Origin: Gemmatimonadota bacterium
Lineage (GTDB): Bacteria > Orphanbacterota > Orphanbacteria > Orphanbacterales > Orphanbacteraceae
Direction: 5' to 3'
Assembly: GCA_013002425.1 (NCBI GenBank)
Contig: JABDJQ010000273.1
Location: forward strand, 1-44,875
DNA length: 44,875 nt
In this document: piece by piece, positions 1 to 10,300 of the stretch
Position numbering within the stretch: position 1 is the stretch's first letter
Layout of the letters: each line of letters opens with the position of its first letter
Notes under the pieces: generated by a model
Database searches by the model: none
What the model was told of the DNA's origin: nothing
The model's input: the letters and a program-made list of their open reading frames with translations, nothing else
Made by a program: the position numbers and the translations under genes

Positions 1-162
1 GTGGGAGAGGCGCGGGTCGGCAGCCGGCGGCAGGCTCTGGCTCCCGCTTCTCGTTCTCGCGGCGATCCTGGTCGCGGTCGGCAGCTTCTACGGCGGCATA
101 CTCGTGCGGGGGCCGGGGCACCTGGCGTTCTAGTGCGCCCGAATTGTGCTACCATTCGCGGC

Positions 163-1170
163 ATGAAACGGTTTTACCAGCTTCGTTGTTCCCATGCCGG
201 GCGCGCTCGCGTCAGCGCCTTCGCACTGTTGCTGATCGCGGCCCTCGGGCTCGCGTGCCTCGACGCGGATCCGCTCGATCCGAACGCGAACGAGGCGACC
301 GTTTCCGTTCACCTTACCTATTATAGTGGCGCGGGGCTCGGGCGTACGGGGGATGCTTCGACGGCCGCCGGCAAGTCTACCGTCGTCGATTCCCTCGTGA
401 TCACGGTTTACGACGTGACGCCCGACGTGAACACGAACGAACCAGCCGCGTTTCCGATTGCGGCCACGGCCGTGAATCCTCCGTCGCAGGACGACGCGAC
501 GGGCACGTTCTATGAAGCGAACATGCGGATCGACCTCAGCGAAGAGCGCTTCTATCGCGTGGTGGCTCGCGTCGTCGACCCGAGCGGCCCGGGTGTGCTG
601 ACGGGCGAGCGCACGATCGACCTCGTGCCGGGCGCGACTTCGTTCGTGGCGATGGTGATGACGGCGCCGGGCGTTCCCGCGCCGGGAACGTACGATCTGG
701 CGGTGGTGAAATCGTTTGCGCGGTCGGGAGCGCGGGGCCACGAGATTCCGATCGTGCTGACGAACGCGGATTCGATCGGGGGCATCGAATTCGAGATGAA
801 ATACGACGCGGCGGCGGTCAGCTCGGTGACAGGCATACGTGTCGATCCGTCGAGCCGCCTTTACGTGTCGGACGGAACGGGCGGGAGCCGGCTCATTCCG
901 ACCCGGGTTTCCACGCCGAGCGATTCGACGCTTCGCGTGTTGACGGTCGACCTTTCGGTCGATGGCGATTCACTGACCGCGCCGCTCAGCGTGATCGAGC
1001 CGGGACAGGACCTGCTGTTTTTCGTCGTCGTCGATCTGGCGTCGAACCTCCCCGCGCTGCCGGACACGTTTACGATGGATCTGGGCGGGGTCTTCTTCTC
1101 GACTCCGTCGGGGAGCACGGAAGTCGCCGTTTCGACTCCTCACGACGATATCCTCATCATGACCCCCTGA
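163..1170 (+). CDS. secreted lipoprotein with C-terminal cohesin-like domain
   Basis: The ORF is open from position 1, but the first 54 codons are Arg/Gly-rich junk. ATG 163 gives a signal peptide with a lipobox (MKRFYQLRC...LLLIAALGLAC). The C-terminal ~150 aa match the cohesin pattern (HEIPIVLTNADSIGGIEFEMKYDAAAVSSVTGIRVD...). No clear SD. Confidence 0.6.
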   Translation: MKRFYQLRCSHAGRARVSAFALLLIAALGLACLDADPLDPNANEATVSVHLTYYSGAGLGRTGDASTAAGKSTVVDSLVITVYDVTPDVNTNEPAAFPIAATAVNPPSQDDATGTFYEANMRIDLSEERFYRVVARVVDPSGPGVLTGERTIDLVPGATSFVAMVMTAPGVPAPGTYDLAVVKSFARSGARGHEIPIVLTNADSIGGIEFEMKYDAAAVSSVTGIRVDPSSRLYVSDGTGGSRLIPTRVSTPSDSTLRVLTVDLSVDGDSLTAPLSVIEPGQDLLFFVVVDLASNLPALPDTFTMDLGGVFFSTPSGSTEVAVSTPHDDILIMTP

Positions 1171-1260
1171 CGCGTTTTCGTCACTCCGTGACGCGTTTTC
1201 GTCACTCCGTGACGCGTTTTCGTCACACCGTGACGCGTTTTCGTCACACCGTGACGCGGA
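1168..1260. repeat. 4.4 copies of a 21-bp tandem repeat (TGACGCGTTTTCGTCAC[T/A]CCG), each carrying the dyad GTGACG-N6-CGTCAC
   Basis: Read directly. Units occupy 1168-1188, 1189-1209, 1210-1230 and 1231-1251, with a partial unit at 1252-1260. Two copies have T and two have A at unit position 18. The array starts on the stop codon of the upstream gene and is followed by the palindrome GACGCG-gagag-CGCGTC (1253-1269). Confidence 0.95.
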
Positions 1261-1272
1261 GAGCGCGTCTAA

Positions 1273-1301
1273 TTGCCGCCTTCGGGCATCTCTGTTAGGA
1301 T
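1273..1301 (+). promoter_or_regulatory. possible sigma70-type promoter for the giant gene (TTGCCG-N17-TAGGAT)
   Basis: Hexamers at 1273-1278 and 1296-1301 with 17-nt spacing, immediately downstream of the repeat array and about 25 nt upstream of ATG 1326. Match to consensus is only moderate. Confidence 0.25.
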
Positions 1302-1325
1302 TGAAGGCCCAGGGACGGACAATTC

Positions 1326-4300
1326 ATGAATGGGGTACATGCTCCAGAGGACGTTCCTCGACCCCCGGAAAGTAAAGTAAGTAGCCTCATGCGCCGCCTG
1401 AACCGTGCGATCGCAATTCTTCCACTTCTTGTTGCCCTGATGTCATTGGCGGCGCCGGTTCACGCGCAGCTCTCGGCGCCGGGCAATCTGACGGCGAGCG
1501 TCGACTCGTGCTGGGGGATCGCGCTTTCGTGGGATTCGCAGCCGGCGGCGGATTCGTTCGCCGTTTTCACCGCGGACACGGTTCGCTATTCGCTCACGAA
1601 TTCGTTTCGCGATTCGATTGCCGTGGTCGGCGTGAATACGACGTACTGGGTCGCGGCGATCAACAATCCGGGGGTGGGCGATTCGGCCACGGCGATCGGA
1701 TTTCGCCCGGCGCCGTTCGCAACGGTCCCGGGGTTTACGGCTTCACTCGATCGCTGTGACGGCATATTGCTTTCGTGGACCGACGTTGCGGGCGAAGCGG
1801 GCTACGTTCTTTATCGCGACAGCGTAGAGGTCGATACGCTGCCGCCGAATACGGTTTCCTTTCTCGACGGAACGGCCGCCTCGGGCGATTCGGTTTCGTA
1901 TCGAATCGAGGCGTGGAGTGATTGCGAACCGGCGCCGGTCGCGTCCGGCACGGTGAACGGCTGGCGTAAACCGGCGGCGCCTCCGGTCGTGAGCGGCCTG
2001 GCGGCGACTTCGGATCTCTGCACGGGCATCGAAGTGTCGTGGATCGACGTGCCGCGCGAAGAGGCGTACGTGATCGAGCGCGACGGCGTTCCGATCGACA
2101 CGATCGGCCCGGACCTCACGGTCTATCTCGACGCGAGCGCGTTCTCCGACATTACCTACAATTATCGTGTCGGGCCGTACAACGAGTGCTCCGCATCGCC
2201 GGCATTCGGCCTGTCGATCACGGGACGCCGGTTGCAGCCCGCGCCCGCGGCCCCCTCGAACGTGACGGCGAGCGATACGTCGTGCGCCGTGGTGTTCCTT
2301 TCGTGGAGCCTGTCCGTAACCGACGGCACCTACATTATCTACCGTGACAACATCGCAATCGACACGGTGCCTTCGGCAACCCTCACTTATGTCGATTCCG
2401 TGCCGGGCGGGAGCTACGTGTATGGAGTGGCGGGCGAGAACGCGTGCGGCACGTCGCCCGACAGTACGGTGGCGATCGGCACGGTGCTTCCGGGTCCGCC
2501 CGCGGCTCCGGTCACCTTCACGGCGAGCGACACGTCGTGCAGTGTCGTCGTGCTGGAATGGTCGGCTTCGGTCGACGCGGATTACTACCTCGTGTATCGC
2601 GACGGCGCGCGCATCGATTCGCTCGCGGCCGCGGTTCTCGGCTACCAGGATTCGCCCGGCGGTTCCGGATCCTTTACGTACGGAATTGCGGCCGGAAACG
2701 AATGCGGTGTATCGGACTCGACAGAAGCGAAAGGCGTCGTCCTTCCCGGCGCGCCGGGCGCGATCACGGGTTTCACGGCGGGCGACACGGCGTGCGTGAG
2801 CGTAACGATGAACTGGGACACGGCGGTCGACGCGGACACCGTGTTTCTGCAGCGCGGCGGCGCCGAGATCGCGCAGTTTCTGCTCGGCGAAACCACGTTC
2901 AACGAAGTCGTTCCGCCCGGCGTTTACGAGTATTCGATTTTCGCGGCGAACGAATGCGGGCGTTCGATCACCGTGATCGACAGCGTGGAGGTCTTTCCGC
3001 TGCCCGTTCCGCCGACGGCGCTTGCCGCTTCGATCGACTCGTGCGGACTCGTGCATGTCACGTGGACGGGCGCCGCCGGCGACGCGGGCTATGCCGTGTA
3101 TCGTGAGGACGCTTTTCTCGCGAACGTTACGGATTCGTTCTACGGCGACACGGCCGCGCCGATCGGCGCCTCCACGTACTGGATCGCGACCCTGAACGCA
3201 TGCGGCGCGAGCGACTCGGTTTCCGTTGTCGGAACGCGGCCGCCGGACGCGCCTTCGGCGCCCGCGCTCGCAGCGGCCACGGACGATTCGTGTACAGCCG
3301 TGTTCGTGAGCTGGAGCGCTTCGGCCGACGCGGATTCGTACTTCGTCTATCGCGACGGCGCCGTCATCGCGCGAACCGTTCTGCTCGCGTTCGCCGACAC
3401 GCCGCCGCCGGGCACGTACGATTATGCGGTGGCCGCGGGCAACTCGTGCGGCGTTTCGGATTCGACCGTCGACTCCGGCACGTTGCTGCCGCCGCCTCCG
3501 ATCGCGCCGACGCTTGCGAGCGCGTCGGATTCGCTTTGCGATCGCGTGGAGATCACGTGGGGCGATGTCGCGAACGAAGCGGGCTACGTCGTATACCGAA
3601 ACAGCGTGGTGCTCGATACGGTGCCCGCGAATACCGTGCTGTTCACGGATACGGGGATCGCTCCGGGCGCGTCCTCGAACTACCAGGTCGGCGCCTTCAA
3701 CGCGTGCTCCGCCGGCCCGGCCGTTTCCGGTTCGCTTGCGGGGTCACGCCTTCCCGCGGCGCCTGCCGCCGTGAACGACCTCGTGGCGAGCGACGACTCG
3801 TGCGGAGTGGTGGTGCTCGCATGGACGGACGTGGCGGACGAAGACGGCTACGTGATCGAGCGAGACGGCGCGCCGATCGACACGATCGCCGCGGGCGCAA
3901 CCGGGTATCGCGATTCGCCGGCATCGATCGACGTGGCTCTTTCCTATCGCGTGGGCGTCTTCAACACGTGTTCGGGGGGCGTCATCTTCGGCAACGCGGA
4001 CTTCGGAACGGCGCTCCCGGGGGCTCCCGGCCTGCCTGCGAACGTGCTGGCGACCGACGATTCGTGCGGCGCCGTATACATCACATGGACGCCCGGCGCC
4101 GATATCGACTCGCAGTTCGTGCTCCGGAACGGCGCCATTCTGGAGCGGCTGGGCCCGGCCGACGCGTCGTATCAGGATCTCACCGCGGTGCCTGCCGTCA
4201 CTTATGCATACGCCATTCGCTCGCGGAACGATTGCGGCGCGACGGACTCCGGAGCCGACAACGGAACGCGCCCGCCGGACGCGCCGGTCAGTCCGGCCGG

Positions 4301-7300
4301 TCTTGCGGCGACGCTCGACTCGTGCGCCTACGTGCTGCTTGCGTGGGGCGATGTCGCGGACGAGGACGGCTACACCGTTTATCGCGACAGTACTCCGCTC
4401 TTAACGCTGCCCCCGAATGTCGTTGTCTGGCGCGATTCGTCCGCGCTCCCCGGCGCGACGTACACGTATCAGGTCAGCGCGTTCAACGGTTGCTCGATTG
4501 CTCCCGCGCTTTCCAATACGGCGCAGGGGAGTCGTCCGCCCGTACCGGTTGCCGTGACCGGGCTGTTCGCGACGGACGACGATTGCGACTTCGTGCAGCT
4601 CACGTGGGTGGACGGGACCGACGAATCCGGATACCGCGTCGAGCGTGACGGCGGCGTACTCGTCGACCTGCCGCCCGACGTGACGAGCTTTACGGATTCG
4701 TCGATTCCCGCCGGCACGACGGCGGCGTATCGCGTCGGCGCGCTCGCGCAATGTATTCCCGACGCCGCCTACTCGAGCGAAGCGAACGGAACGCGGCTCG
4801 CGGCCGTTCCGATCGTACCGGCATCCGTTGTGGCGACCGATGATTCGTGCGCCGCGGTTCGCGTAACGTGGAACGCTTCCCCGGGGGCGGACGGTTACGA
4901 AGTGCTGCGCGACGGACTGTTTGCGGGACTCGTGAGCGACGGATCGCTCTTCTTTCGTGACGTGACGCCGCCTCCCGGCGCGTCATTCTATGAAGTACGC
5001 GCGTTGAACGCGTGCGGAACATCAGCCGCGGCCGGGGACAGCGGCGCGGCGGCGGAACCGCCGGCGATACCCGTGATCGACTCCGCGTCGACGGATCGCT
5101 GCGACGGAATCATGATCACCTGGATCGACGTGGCGAACGAAGACGGCTACATCGTTTATCGCAACCTGATCGGCATCGACACGCTTCCCGCCGACGTGAC
5201 TTCGTATCTCGATACCCTCGCGGACGGCGCGCTCCCGACGCTGTATCGCGTGGGCGCGTTCGCGCCCTGTTTCCCCGCGCCGACGCCGTCCAATCCGGCA
5301 CAGGGCGTACGCCTGCCCACGCCCCCCGTCCCCGTGACCGGTCTTGTGGCGACAACGGACCGGTGCGACGGCATTGCCCTGACGTGGGATGATACCGAGG
5401 GAGAGGAGTTCTACATCGTGGCGCGGAACGGATTCGCCATCGCGAATCTGCCCGCGGGATCGGTTTCGCACCTCGACACGACGGCGCTTGCGGGAAGTAC
5501 GAACGACTACCGTGTGGGGGGCGCGAACTTCTGTTCCGGGGGCCTCCCCGTCTACGGCGACAGCGTTCAGGGCTCGCGTCCCTTTGCCGCGCCTGAAGCC
5601 GTGGATTCACTGACGGCGAGTCAGGACTCGTGCGGCGTGATCCGCCTCGAATGGATTGCGCCTGTCGAGAGCGATACGGTTTCGATCGTCCGCGATTTCG
5701 TCGACGAGATCGCGCGGATTCCGGCTGCCGCCGGCTTCTATCGCGACACGAGCTCCGTTACCGGGAGCCCGCTCTACTCGCTGACCGCTCTCAATTCGTG
5801 CGGCGCCTCGAAGCCGGTGCTGATTCAGGGAGCGAGGAAGCCGGACACGCCGCCGCCGCCCGCGACCGTGAGCGCATCGACGGACTCGTGCGACGGCGTT
5901 TTTCTGGCGTGGAGCGATGTCGAGAACGAATTCGGTTACATCATTCTGAGGGGCGGCGTTCTCGTCGATACGGTGCTCGCCGACGTCACTTCCTATGTCG
6001 ACACGACGGCCGCGCCCGGCGTCGATCATTCCTACGAGATCGGGCCGTTCAACGATTGTACGATCACTCCGCTGTTCTCCGCAGCGGTCACAGGCGCGAT
6101 TCTTCCGCCGCCGGTCCCGGTCACGACCCTGACCGCGTCGACCGACAACTGCGCGGGCATTCAGCTTACATGGACGGGAGTCGCGTTCGCGAGCGGATAC
6201 AGCGTGTATCGCGCCGGCGTATTTCTCGATTCGGTCGCGCCGGGCGTCACCGCGTATCTCGATACGGCCGTTGCTTACGGAAGCACGCACAGGTATCAGA
6301 TCGGCTCCTTGAATCGCTGCTCCTTCGGTCCCGTATTCGGCGACACGCTCTCCGGCACACGCCCGTTCGATCAGCCGGATCCGCCTGCGGGGGTCAGCGC
6401 GACCGACGATCTCTGTCAGGTCGTGAACGTCGTGTGGAACGAATCGCCGAACGCGACGAGCTACGTGATCGAGCGCAACGGAAATCAGATCGGCGAAGTA
6501 TTCGATTCGCCTTACTTCTTCACTGACACCTCGGTGCAGCCGGGTTCGTACACGTACGCGGTGAAAGCGCGCAACCTGTGCGGCACGTCCACCGGTTCGG
6601 TCGACACGGGAACGCGGCGCGCGGGTCCGGGCGAGCCGAGCAACCTCACCGCGACGCAGGATCTATGCGAAGGCGTTCGGCTTACATGGTCCGCCGCGGC
6701 GAACGTATCGTCCTACACGATTCGGAGAGGCGGCGTGACGATCGCGACGAATCTGCCCGCGTCCGCGACGACGTATTTCGATGACGGTGCGACCGGCGGC
6801 GTTTCGAGCATCTATACGGTAGAGGCGCTGAACGTCTGCGGCAGTCGCATCTCGGACCCGGGTGTGGTCGGGCGGCGCCTCGCGGGAGCGCCGAGCGGGC
6901 CTTCGAACGTATCGGCGACGGACGGCGGCTGTTCCGAGATTGCGATTACATGGAGCTATTCGGGATCCACGACCTCGCTCGTCGGTTTCCAGATATCGTT
7001 CCGCGATCTGAATACCGGCGGCGTGTACGACTCGATCACCACGCTTCCTGTCAGCAGCAACTCGTTCGTGCATACGCCGCCGCCGGGGAATTACGAATAC
7101 TGGGTCAGCGCGCGCAATCAGTGCGGCAGTTCGCCGCAGACCGACGGAAGCCAGGACGAAGGGGCGATACTCGGCATTCCGCCCGCACCGGCCTGGGACG
7201 CGGCGAGTGATTCCTCGAGCTGCACCGGAGAATCGTTCACACTTCGATGGAACGCGTTGCCGAACGTGCTCGAGTATCGTGTCTCGCAGGGCGGGTTCGT

Positions 7301-10300
7301 TGTCAGCACGGTCGACACTTCGTTTGCTTTCGTTCGATCGCAGACCGGCGACTACAACTTCACGGTTACCGCTTTCACCGCGTGCGGCCCCGGCTCCGCA
7401 AGCACCCTGTTCCCCGTGACGGTGCTCGCCAGTCCGTCGCCGCCGACGAACGTATCCGCCTCGCAGGACTCGTGCGGCTTCATCGATCTCGTGTGGCAGA
7501 ACGGCACGGACAGCCGCGTATGGATCGCCTCGGCCGGCGACACCGCGTTCCTCGGAGCGGGCGTGCAGAGCTGGCGCGACGATCACCCGGACGGCGGACC
7601 GCGTTCGTATCACGTGGGCGGCTATAACGCCTGCGGCACGCTCGGCTCGACCACGCTTCTCACGGGCTTCGCATTCCCCGACTTCCTGCCTGCGCCCGAC
7701 AGCGTGCACGCCACGGACGGGCTTTGTGATTCCGTGATCGTGACCTGGACATACGAAGCGCCGCTCGAGCCCGTCCAGGACTTCCGCGTCATTCGCTATG
7801 ACGGCGCCTCGGCGACGACGATCGCATTTCTCTCGAGCGACGACGTGTATCGCGTGGTCGATACCCCCCCCGACGCGGCATCCAGGCGCTACGGGGTGCA
7901 GGCCGAAAACCGCTGCGCTCTATCGATCGCGACCGAAGATTTCGGCAGGGCGAATCGCACGCCGGGCATTCCGATCTGGACGGCGGAAGTGGGCGATGCG
8001 TGTCAGTCGGCTTCGTTCTCGCTCCGCTGGCAGGCAGTTTCGGGCGCCGGCAGTTACGAAGTGTTTCGCGACGGGAGCCTGATCGCCACGGTGTTGCAGC
8101 CGAGCCTGCGCCTCAGCGTTTTCGAAACCGGCGAGTTCGAGTTTCGTGTGCGCGCGGTGAGCGACTGCGGCCCCGGTCCGCTCGGCGAAAGCCAGCTCGT
8201 GCGCGTGGTCGATCTGCCCGCCGTCCCGCTGGATGTAAGAATCGACAGCTCCTACTGCGATTCGGTGCACGTGACATGGAGTCCGCAGCTCGACTCGATT
8301 CGCGTTACGCGGTCGGATCGCGTCGACCCGGTTTATGTCGGCGCGGGAAACGGATTCGCGACCGACTTCCCCGTGAAAGGGGTAACGTACCGCGTGCGCT
8401 CCTTCAACGGTTGCGGCGAGTCCGAAGAAGTCACGGTCACGCTGGGACGCCCGCTGATTCGTCCGCCGGCGCCTGTTGCCGTAACCGCCTCGAACACGCT
8501 TTGCGATTCCGTCGTGATTACATGGTCGATGCCGCAGTCGCAGATCGTGCTAAGCGGTTTCGAGATTTCGCGTACGCGAAACGATTCGACGACCATCGTG
8601 GCGAATTCACTCGCTCCGTCGCTTCGTCGCTTCGTCGATCGCGGCGGTGTCGGGCTCTACGAATACCGGATTGTCGCGACGAACGAATGCGGCGTATCGC
8701 TCGACGTGGAAACGGCGCGGGACTTCGGCTCGTTCCGCCCCGCATTCCTGGCGACGAACTTCAGTTCGGAATCGGATTCCGTCGGCTGCAGGGGTTCGAA
8801 TATCGAGCTCGTGTGGGAACCCGATCCGGATGCGCTCTTCTACAACGTATGGGAGACGGGAGACGAAATTCCCGTGGCGGTCGTTGCGGGCAGTAATTCC
8901 AGCGCGTCTCTTCTGGTGACATCGATCGGCGACCGAAGCTACGAGCTCCAGTCTGTCGGCGTTTGCGGCGACGGACTCCGGTCCGCGCCGTGGCTCGTGC
9001 GCGTCGGCGAAACACCCGTGCGACTCTCGGGCCTGCGCGCGAGCGACGACCTGTGCGGCGCCGTGCGTCTCGACTGGAATCGCTCGGCGTCCGTGATGGA
9101 AGAAGTGCGCGTGTATCGGAGCGGCGAGTGGATTGCGTCGGCATCGCCGACCGACACCACGTTCATGGACGAGAGCGTCGCGCTCGGCGAAACGTACGAA
9201 TACTTCGTGGTCGGCGCGAGCCGTTGCGGCACCGCCGGCGCTTCTCCCGTCGCCGAGGGAAGCGCGCTTCGCGGCCTCACCTCACCCGTGCTCTCCGGGC
9301 CGCCGTCGGGCGCGACGAACCTGCCGATTCCCGTCACGATGAGCTGGACGCCCGTACCGGCCGCCATCGGTTATTACCTCGAGGTCCAGGATCCCGACGT
9401 GTCCGAGATCGTGCTCGATTCGCTGCTGCCGGCGTCGCCGTCCGTCACGATCGGGGGCCTCAGCCTCGGCGAGCGTTATCTGTGGCGTGTGGCGACTGTC
9501 GACGACTGCGGGCCCGGCATTCCGAGCGCGTGGCGGAACTTCCAGACGATTCAGAGCGCGCCGGCGGTGCTTGCGAGCGATCCGGCCAGCTTCGCGACGG
9601 GCGTGGCTCTCGACGCGAACGTGCGCGTGGTCTTCAGCCTGCCGATCGATCCCGCAAGCTTGAGCGGGGCGCAGCTGTTCCGCGGCGATACGGAAGTTCC
9701 CGTGTCGCGCCGCCTCGAGACGGAAGGGAGCGTGCTCGTCGTGGATCCTGTCGACTCGCTCCGCTTCAACACGACCTACTCGCTTCTGGTCGGAGGCCTT
9801 CGGGATATCTTCGGACAGGGGCTCGGCGGAACGGCGCCGATCACGTTCACGACAGCGCCCGCGCCTCGCCCTGTCGGTGACGTCGACATCGATTTTCAGC
9901 GGACCCCCGCAGATGTTGCGCGCGCCGCGGACATCGTGCTCGGCCGTGTGAATCCCGCGGAGTATGATGTGGGCGAAATCGATCTGAACCGTGACGGACG
10001 GTTCGGTGTGGGCGACGTCGTCCTCCTCGGGAAGCTGATCGTGAAAGAGGGCGTCGTCCTTCTGCCCGATTTCTCGAAGAGCGCGCCGCACGCGATTCGT
10101 TTCGCGAGCGAACCGAGTGACGGCCGCGCGGACGCGGACGGTTACGCGCTGCGACTGACGCTGGAAGGCGACGCGAGCCGGAGCACGTTCCTTTCGCTTG
10201 CGTGGCCGGAAGACGCGGGGCGCGTTACGGCGATCGAGCGTCTGCAGAACGTGAACGTCGTGCAGAGCGCAGGTGAAGGGCAGAATACGAATGCGGAAGG

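Noticed and set aside
1168-1260. CRISPR array?
   Set aside because: The 21-bp units are directly abutting with no spacers, there are only 4.4 copies, and no cas genes are present. It is a plain tandem repeat.
1743-10091. Numerous 60-480-aa ORFs on both strands inside the giant gene (e.g. 1743-3056 -, 3200-4648 +, 6663-7709 -, 9282-10091 -)
   Set aside because: All are alternative-frame or antisense ORFs of the single 9.47-kb reading frame, whose repeat architecture is self-consistent. The products are Arg/Gly/Ala-rich.
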